Source: the human T2T-CHM13v2.0 reference genome, Homo sapiens
Reading direction: 5' to 3' (one strand)
DNA: 64,000 bases
Assembly (NCBI RefSeq): GCF_009914755.1
Contig: NC_060948.1
Positions 54,671-64,000 of this stretch are shown here, one piece after another; positions within the stretch are counted from its first letter, which is position 1, and every line of letters starts with the position of its first letter. Below the pieces are notes generated by a model that worked only from the letters and a program-made list of their open reading frames with translations, was not told where the DNA came from and searched no databases. A program made the translations under genes and the position numbers.

Positions 54671-57600
54671 GGCCTGGAATAAAGTGGAATGCTACGGTCT
54701 CGAATGGAATAAAAATGTATGGAATGGAATGCAATGAAACGGAATCGAATGTCATAGAATGTAATGGAATGCAAAAAAATGGAATCCAAAATCATTGACT
54801 GGAAAGGCTGGGTGTCGAAAGGAATTGACTCCAATGGAATGGAATCGAATGGAATGGAAGTGAATAGAATCGAACTAAATCGAATGGAATGGAATTGATA
54901 GGAACGGAATGGAAAGGAATGCAATGATTTGGCATGGAATGGAATCGAATGGCATCGAATGGAATGGAATGGAATGCAATGGAATGGAATGTATTAGAAT
55001 GTAATGAACTTTAATGGAATGTACTCGAATGGATTCGACTGGAATGGAATGTTCTGGAAGTGAATGGACTCCAATGGAATGGATTCAAAAGGAATGGAAT
55101 CGTACGGAATGGAATCTAATGGAATGGAATTAAATGGAAATGAATCAAATTGAATAGCACGGAATTGACTTGAATGGAATGGAATGCAATGGAATCTAAT
55201 GAAACGGAAAGGAAAGGAATGGAATGGAATGGAATGGGCTGGAATGGAAAGGAATCGAAACGAATGGAATGGAATCCAACTGAAGAGACTGGAATGGAAT
55301 GCACTGGAATGGAAGGGAGTGTAATGGAAGGTTCTCGAAAAAAATGGAATCGAATGGAATGGAATTGAATGGAACGGAATAGAGTCGAATGGAATTCAAT
55401 GGAATGGAATGGACTAGAGTGAAATGGAATCGAACCACAAGGAATGGACAGGAATAGAATGGTCTCGAATTGAATGGAATCGTATGGAATGGCATCAAAC
55501 GGAATGGAATGGACAGCCACGGAATGGAATGCACTCGAATGCAATGGAGTCGAAACTAATGGACTGGAATAGAATGGACTCGACTGGTACGGACTCCAAT
55601 GGAATGGAATCGAATGGAAGGGAATCGAACGGAATGGACTCGAAGGGAAAAGACTGCAATGGAAAGGTCTCGAATGGAATGGAAATTAATGGAATGGAAT
55701 GGAATCGAATGAAATGGAGTCAAAAGGAATGGAATCGAATGGCAAGAAATCGAATGTAATGGAATCGCAAGGAATTGATGTGAACGGAACGGAATGGAAT
55801 GGAATCCAAAGGAATGGAATAGAATGGAATGGAATCGAATGGAAAGGACTCGAATGGAAATCACTCGAATAGAATGCAATTTAATAAAATAGGATCAAAT
55901 GTAATGGAATGGAATGGAAAGGAATCGAAACGAAAGGAATGGAGACAGATGGAATGGAATGGAACAGAGAGCAATGGTATAGAATGGAATGGAATCATCT
56001 GGAATGGAATTGAATGGAATGGAATAATATGAAATGGAATGGAATGGAATGGAATGGAATGGAATGCCCTTGAATTAAATGGACTGGAATGGAATGGACT
56101 CGAACAGAGTGCAATGGAAAGTGTTGAGATAGACTGGAATGGACTCCTTCGGAATGGTCTAGTATGCAATGCAATCGACTGGCAGGGAATCAAAAGGAAT
56201 GTAATGGAATGGATTGGACTGGAATGCAATGGACTCGAATAGATTGGAAACGGAATGCAAAGGAATGGAATGGAATAGTATGGAATGGAATGGAAAGGAA
56301 TGGAGTGGAATAGACTAGAGTGGAATGGAATGGACTGGAAAGCAATGGACTGGAATGGAACTTTCTTGAATGGACTGGAATCAAACGGAATGGAATGCAA
56401 TGCAATCAAATGGCATGGAATAAAATAGAATGAAAGAGAATCAAATGGAATTGAATCGAATGGAATCGAATGGATTGGAAAGGAATAGAATGGAATGGAA
56501 TGGAATTGACTCAAATGGAATGGACTAGAATGGAATGGATTCGAATGGAAGGCAAAGGAATGGAATCTATTGGAATGGACTGTAATGGAATGGAATGGAA
56601 GGGATTGGAATGGACTCGAATGGAATGGACTGCAATAGAAAGGATTCGAATGGAATGAAAAAGAATTGAATGGAATAGAACAGAATGGAATCAAATCGAA
56701 TGAAATGGAATGGAATAGAAAGGAATGGAATGAAATGGAATGGAAAGGATTCGAATGGAATGCAATCGAATGGAATGCAATCGAATGGAATGGAATCGAA
56801 CGGAATGGAATAAAATGGAAGAAAACTGGCAAGAAATGGAATCGAAATGAATGGAGTGTTATGGAACGGACTCAAAAGGAATTGAATGTAATAGAATGGA
56901 GTGGAGTGGACTCGAATATAATGGACTGGAATGGAATGAAATCACATGGAATGGGAACGAATGGAATGGAATGGAAAGGAATGGAATCGAATGGAAAGGA
57001 ATCGAATGGAAGGGAATGAAATTGAATCAACAGGAATGGAAGGGAATAGAATAGACGGTAATGGAATGGACTCGAATAGAATGGACACGAATGCTCAAAT
57101 TGAATGGACTCGAATGGAATGGAAACGAAAGGAATGTCATCGAATGGAATTGAATCGATTGGAATGAAATCGCATAGAATGGAGTGGAATCAAATGGAAT
57201 TGAATCGAAAGGAAAGGAAGCGAATGGACTGAAATGAAATGGAATGGAATTGAATGGAAAGTAATGCAATGGAATAGAATGGAACGAAATTTCACGGAAT
57301 GGAATCAAACTGAATGGAATCAAATCAATGGAATCAAATCAAATGGAATGGAAAGGAATTGAATGGAGTAGATTGGATTGGATGGGATTGGAATGAAATG
57401 TACTGGAAAGGACTCGAATTTCATGAAACGGAATGGAATGAATTGGAACGGAATGGACTCGAATGGAATGGAATGTCATGGAATGGCATCAAATGGAATG
57501 GCATCAAATGGAATGGAATCGAATGCAATGGAATGCTATGGAATGGAATGGAATGCATTGGAATGGAATGTCCTCTAATGGAATGGATTCGAGTGGAATG

Positions 57601-58239
57601 GAATCGAATATAATGGAGTCGAATGAAATGGAATTGAAAGGAATGGGATCGAATACAATGGAATATACTGGAATGTAATGTAATGAACTCGAATGTAATT
57701 GACTGGAATGGAATGTACATGAATGGAATGTAATCGAATGGAAAGTAATACAATGGAATAGAATCTAATGCAATAAAATCGACTCAGATAGAGTAGAATG
57801 TAATGGAATGGAGTGCAGTGCAATGGAATGGAATGGAATGGAATGGAATGGAATGGAATGGAATGGAATGGAATGGGATGGAATGGTATGGAATGGATAG
57901 TAATGGACTGGATTGAAATAGACTGGAAAGGTATGGACTCAAATTGAAAGGGCTCGAAAGGAATGGAGTCAAATGGAATGGTCTGGAATGCAATGAACAC
58001 GAATGTAATGCAATCCAATAGAATGGAATCGAATGGCATGGAATATAAAGAAATGGAATCGAAGAGAATGGAAACAAATGGAATGGAAGTGAATGGAATG
58101 GAATTGAATGGAGTGGGAACGAATGGAGTGAAATTGTATGCAGTAGAAGAGAATAGAATGGAATGCAAGCGAAAGGAAAGGAATGGATTGGAATGGAATG
58201 GAATTCATTGGAATGGAAGGGAATGTAGTGTAATGGACA
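54671..58239 (+). repeat. DYZ1 unit U16 (3569 bp)
   Basis: GGCC landmarks at 54671 and 58240. Confidence 0.93.
57826..57875 (+). repeat. Pure (GAATG)10 microsatellite tract, the longest perfect run I noticed
   Basis: Ten uninterrupted GAATG pentamers between gagtgcagtgcaatg and ggatgg. Confidence 0.85.
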
Positions 58240-61200
58240 GGCCTGGAATAAAGTGGAATGCTACGGTCTCGAATGGAATAAAAATGTATGCAATGCAATG
58301 CAATGAAACGGAATCGAATGTCATACAATGTAATGGAATGCAAAAAAATGGAATCCAAAATCATTGACTGGAAAGGCTGGGTGTCGAAAGGAATTGACTC
58401 CAATGGAATGGAATCGAATGGAATGGAAGTGAATAGAATCGAACTAAATCGAATGGAATGGAATTGATAGGAACGGAATGGAAAGGAATGCAATGATTTG
58501 GCATGGAATGGAATCGAATGGCATCGAATGGAATGGAATGGAATGCAATGGAATGGAATGTATTAGAATGTAATGAACTTTAATGGAATGTACTCGAATG
58601 GATTCGACTGGAATGGAATGTTCTGGAAGTGAATGGACTCCAATGGAATGGATTCAAAAGGAATGGAATCGTACGGAATGGAATCTAATGGAATGGAATT
58701 AAATGGAAATGAATCAAATGGAATAGCACGGAATTGAATTGAATGGAATGGAATGCAATGGAATCTAATGAAACGGAAAGGAAAGGAATGGAATGGAATG
58801 GAATGGGCTGGAATGGAAAGGAATCGAAACGAATGGAATGGAATCGAACTGAAGAGACTGGAATGGAATGCACTGGAATGGAAGGGAGTGTAATGGAAGG
58901 TTCTCGAAAAAAATGGAATCGAATGGAATGGAATTGAGTGGAACGGAATAGAGTCGAATGGAATTGAATGGAAAGGAATGGACTAGAGTGAAATGGAATC
59001 GAACCACAAGGAATGGACAGGAATAGAATGGTCTCGAATTGAATGGAATCGTATGGAATGCAATCAAACGGAATGGAATGGACAGCCACGGAATGGAATG
59101 CACTCGAATGCAATGGAGTCGAAACTAATGGACTGGAATAGAATGGACTCGACTGGTACGGACTCCAATGGAATGGAATCGAATGGAAGGGAATCGAACG
59201 GAATGGACTCGAAGGGAAAAGACTGCAATGGAAAGGTCTCGAATGGAATGGAAATTAATGGAATGGAATGGAATCGAATGAAATGGAGTCAAAAGGAATG
59301 CAATCGAATGGCAAGAAATCGAATGTAATGGAATCGCAAGGAATTGATGTGAACGGAACGGAATGGAATGGAATCCAAAGGAATGGAATAGAATGGAATG
59401 GAATCGAATGGAAAGGACTCGAATGGAAATCACTCGAATAGAATGCAATTTAATAAAATAGGATCAAATGTAATGGAATGGAATGGAAAGGAATCGAAAC
59501 GAAAGGAATGGAGACAGATGGAATGGAATGGAACAGAGAGCAATGGTATAGAATGGAATGGAATCATCTGGAATGGAATTGAATGGAATGGAATAATATG
59601 AAATGGAATGGAATGGAATGCCCTTGAATTAAATGGACTGGAATGCAATGAACTCGAACAGAGTGGAATGGAAAGTGTTGAGATAGAATGGAATGGACTC
59701 CTTCGGAATGGTCTAGTATGCAATGCAATCGACTGGCAGGGAATCAAAAGGAATGTAATGGAATGGATTGGACTGGAATGCAATGGACTCGAATAGATTG
59801 GAAACGGAATGCAAAGGAATGGAATGGAATAGTATGGAATGGAATGGAAAGGAATGGAGTGGAATAGACTAGAGTGGAATGGAATGGACTGGAAAGCAAT
59901 GGACTGGAATGGAACTTTCTTGAATGGACTGGAATCAAACGGAATGGAATGCAATGCAATCAAATGGCATGGAATAAAATAGAATGAAAGAGAATCAAAT
60001 GGAATTGAATCGAATGGAATCGAATGGATTGGAAAGGAATAGAATGGAATGGAATGGAATTGACTCAAATGGAATGGACTAGAATGGAATGGATTCGAAT
60101 GGAAGGCAAAGGAATGGAATCTATTGGAATGGACTGTAATGGAATGGAATGGAAGGGATTGGAATGGACTCGAATGGAATGTACTGCAATAAAAAGGATT
60201 CGAATGGAATGAAAAAGAATTGAATGGAATAGAACAGAATGGAATCAAATCGAATGAAATGGAATGGAGTAGAAAGGAATGGAATGAAATGGAATGGAAA
60301 GGATTCGAATGGAATGCAATCGAATGGAATGCAATCGAATGGAATGGAATCGAACGGAATGGAATAAAATGGAAGAAAACTGGCAAGAAATGGAATCGAA
60401 ATGAATGGAGTGTTATGGAACGGACTCAAAAGGAATTGAATGTAATAGAATGGAGTGGAGTGGACTCGAATATAATGGACTGGAATGGAATGAAATCACA
60501 TGGAATGGGAACGAATGGAATGGAATGGAAAGGAATGGAATCGAATGGAAAGGAATCGAATGGAAGGGAATGAAATTGAATCAACAGGAATGGAAGGGAA
60601 TAGAATAGACGGTAATGGAATGGACTCGAATAGAATGGACACGAATGCTCAAATTGAATGGACTCGAATGGAATGGAAACGAAAGGAATGTCATCGAATG
60701 GAATTGAATCGATTGGAATGAAATCGCATAGAATGGAGTGGAATCAAATGGAATTGAATCGAAAGGAAAGGAAGCGAATGGACTGAAATGAAATGGAATG
60801 GAATTGAATGGAAAGTAATGCAATGGAATAGAATGGAACGAAATTTCACGGAATGGAATCAAACTGAATGGAATCAAATCAATGGAATCAAATCAAATGG
60901 AATGGAAAGGAATTGAATGGAGTAGATTGGATTGGATGGGATTGGAATGAAATGTACTGGAAAGGACTCGAATTTCATGAAACGGAATGGAATGAATTGG
61001 AACGGAATGGACTCGAATGGAATGGAATGTCATGGAATGGCATCAAATGGAATGGCATCAAATGGAATGGAATCGAATGCAATGGAATGCTATGGAATGG
61101 AATGGAATGCATTGGAATGGAATGTCCTCTAATGGAATGGATTCGAGTGGAATGGAATCGAATAAAATGGAGTCGAATGAAATGGAATTGAAAGGAATGG

Positions 61201-61828
61201 GATCGAATACAACGGAATATACTGGAATGTAATGTAATGAACTCGAATGTAATTGACTGGAATGGAATGTACATGAATGGAATGTAATCGAATGGAAAGT
61301 AATCCAATGGAATAGAATCTAATGCAATAAAATCGACTCAGATAGAGTAGAATGTAATGGAATGGAGTGCAGTGCAATGGAATGGAATGGAATGGAATGC
61401 AATGGAATGGAATGGAATGCAATGGAATGGAATGGAATGGAATGGAATGGAATGGAATGGAATGGGATGGAATGGTTTGGAATGGATAGTAATGGACTGG
61501 AGTGAAATTTACCGGAAAGGAATGGACTCAAATTGAAAGGGCTCGAAAGGAATGGAGTCAAATGGAATGGTCTGGAATGGAATGAACACGAATGTAATGC
61601 AATCCAATAGAATGGAAACGAATGGCATGGAATATAAAGAAATGGAATCGAAGAGAATGGAAACAAATGGAATGGAATTGAATGGAATGGAATTGAATGG
61701 AATGGGAACGAATGGAGTGAAATTGTATGCAGTAGAAGGGAATAGAATGGAATGCAAGCGAAAGGAAAGGAATGGATTGGAATGGAATGGAATTCATTGG
61801 AATGGAAGGGAATGTAGTGTAATGGACA
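58240..61828 (+). repeat. DYZ1 unit U17 (3589 bp)
   Basis: GGCC landmarks at 58240 and 61829. Confidence 0.93.
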
Positions 61829-64000
61829 GGCCTGGAATAAAGTGGAATGCTACGGTCTCGAATGGAATAAAAATGTATGGAATGGAATGCAATGAAACGG
61901 AATTGAATGTCATAGAATGTAATGGAATGCAAAAAAATGGAATCCAAAATCATTGACTGGAAAGGCTGGGTGTCGAAAGGAATTGACTCCAATGGAATGG
62001 AATCGAATGGAATGGAAGTGAATAGAATCGAACTAAATCGAATGGAATGGAATTGATAGGAGCGGAATGGAAAGGAATGCAATGATTTGGCATGGAATGG
62101 AATCGAATGGCATCGAATGGAATGGAATGGAATGCAATGGAATGGAATGTATTAGAATGTAATGAACTTTAATGGAATGTACTCGAATGGATTCGACTGG
62201 AATGGAATGTTCTGGAAGTGAATGGACTCCAATGGAATGGATTCAAAAGGAATGGAATCGTACGGAATGGAAACTAATGGAATGGAATTAAATGGAAATG
62301 AATCAAATTGAATAGCACGGAATTGAATTCAATGGAATCGAATGCAATGGAATCTAATGAAACGGAAAGGAAAGGAATGGAATGGAATGGAATGGGCTGG
62401 AATGGAAAGGAATCGAAACGAATGGAATGGAATCGAACTGAAGAGACTGGAATGGAATGCACTGGAATGGAAGGGAGTGTAATGGAAGGTTCTCGAAAAA
62501 AATGGAATCGAATGGAATGCAATTGAATGGAACGGAATAGAGTCGAATGGAATTGAATGGAATGGAATGGACTAGAGTGAAATGGAATCGAACCACAAGG
62601 AATGGACAGGAATAGAATGGTCTCGAATTGAATGGAATCGTATGGAATGGCATCAAACGGAATGGAATGGACAGCCACGGAATGGAATGCACTCGAATGC
62701 AATGGAGTCGAAACTAATGGACTGGAATAGAATGGACTCGACTGGTACGGACTCCAATCGAATGGAATCGAATGGAAGGGAATCGATCGGAATGGACTCG
62801 AATGGAAAAGACTGCAATGGAAAGGTCTCGAATGGAATGGAAATTAATGGAATGGAATGGAATCGAATGAAATGGAGTCAAAAGGAATGCAATCGAATGG
62901 CAAGAAATCGAATGTAATGGAATCGCAAGGAATTGATGTGAACGGAACGGAATGGAATGGAATCCAAAGGAATGGAATAGAATGGAACGGAATCGAATGG
63001 AAAGGACTCGAATGGAAATCACTCGAATAGAATGCAATTTAATAAAATAGGATCAAATGTAATGGAATGGAATGGAAAGGAATCGAAACGAAAGGAATGG
63101 AGACAGATGGAATGGAATGGAACAGAGAGCAATGGTATAGAATGGAATGGAATCATCTGGAATGGAATTGAATGGAATGGAATAATATGAAATGGAATGG
63201 AATGGAATGCCCTTGAATTAAATGGACTGGAATGCAATGAACTCGAACAGAGTGGAATGGAATGTGTTGAGATAGAATGGAATGGACTCCTTCGGAATGG
63301 TGTAGCATGCAATGCAATCGACTGGCAGGGAATCAAAAGGAATGTAATGGAATGGATTGGACTGGAATGCAATGGACTCGAATAGATTGGAAACGGAATG
63401 CAAAGGAATGGAATGGAATAGTATGGAATGGAATGGAAAGGAATGGAGTGGAATAGACTAGAGTGGAATGGAATGGACTGGAAAGCAATGGACTGGAATG
63501 GAACTTTCTTGAATGGACTGGAATCAAACGGAATGGAATGCAATGCAATCAAATGGCATGGAATAAAATAGAATGAAAGAGAATCAAATGGAATTGAATC
63601 GAATGGAATCGAATGGATTGGAAAGGAATAGAATGGAATGGAATGGAATTGACTCAAATGGAATGGACTAGAATGGAATGGATTCGAATGGAAGGCAAAG
63701 GAATGGAATCTATTGGAATGGACTGTAATGGAATGGAATGGAAGGGATTGGAATGGACTCGAATGGAATGGACTGCAATAAAAAGGATTCGAATGGAATG
63801 AAAAAGAATTGAATGGAATAGAACAGAATGGAATCAAATCGAATGAAATGGAATGGAATAGAAAGGAATGGAATGAAATGGAATGGAAAGGATTCGAATG
63901 GAATGCAATCGAATGGAATGCAATCGAATGGAATGGAATCGAACGGAATGGAATAAAATGGAAGAAAACTGGCAAGAAATGGAATCGAAATGAATGGAGT
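61829..64000 (+). repeat. DYZ1 unit U18 (partial)
   Basis: Runs from the last GGCC landmark to the window end, colinear with the other units. Confidence 0.9.

Larger units (their letters stand above)
1..64000 (+). repeat. DYZ1: Human satellite 3 (HSat3) array, DYZ1 family (Yq12 heterochromatin), GGAAT strand on +
   Basis: Degenerate (GGAAT)n runs end to end with ~3.51-3.59 kb periodicity. Each unit has one conserved GAATTC (e.g. 1591-1596) and one AGGCCT/GGCC (e.g. 1629-1634), as in the classical 3.4-kb HaeIII / ~3.56-kb EcoRI male-specific repeat. Sequences TTGAATGGAATGGGAACGAATGG (1494-1516) and GGACAGGCCTGGAATAAAGTGGA (1625-1647) match the DYZ1 sexing primers Y1.2/Y1.1 as I recall them (from memory, not searched). 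Confidence 0.96.

Noticed and set aside
277-63975. Hundreds of ORFs of 60-323 aa (MEWNG-type on +, FHSIP-type on -), e.g. 55861..56832 (323 aa)
   Set aside because: They are the automatic translation of GGAAT/ATTCC pentamers (5-aa period, no stop codons in the pure repeat). They overlap in several frames, merge or split by 5-bp indels between units and show no recognisable domain.
1-64000. CRISPR-like or prokaryotic repeat-spacer system, or a novel gene cluster
   Set aside because: There are no unique spacers, leader or associated genes; all sequence is colinear satellite.
1-64000. Annotating a specific Sat III / Yq12 non-coding RNA gene
   Set aside because: DYZ1 and HSat3 transcripts have been reported, but no start, end or splice structure can be assigned from this sequence.
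1-64000. DYZ2 (Alu-containing HSat1B) blocks, alpha satellite, HSat2, telomeric repeats, G-quadruplexes or inversions
   Set aside because: None seen: no Alu or AT-rich 2.4-kb units, no 171-bp monomers, no strand switch, and G3 runs are too sparse for canonical G4.

Overview
The whole 64 kb window is one uninterrupted, single-orientation array of human classical satellite 3 ((GGAAT)n on the + strand). It is organised as about 18 head-to-tail copies of a ~3.5-3.6 kb unit that matches the Y-chromosome Yq12 DYZ1 repeat, with one conserved EcoRI and one HaeIII/StuI site per unit. I see no credible genes, RNA genes, transposons or CRISPR arrays, and all ORFs in the track are pentamer-translation artefacts. 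The interesting content is structural. (1) A ~21 kb, 6-unit block is near-perfectly duplicated at a 24,730/24,725 bp offset, with a strongly diverged spacer unit between the copies. (2) Older single-unit duplications and mosaic, conversion-like variant sharing are nested inside the array. (3) The 5-bp register is strict, with four fixed phase breaks per unit and indels almost always in multiples of 5. (4) Each unit carries three perfect in-register heat-shock elements (nGAAnnTTCnnGAAn), 54 in total, including one unit type that lost one element and gained another 130 bp away. All comparisons were done by eye, so variant counts are minimum values.
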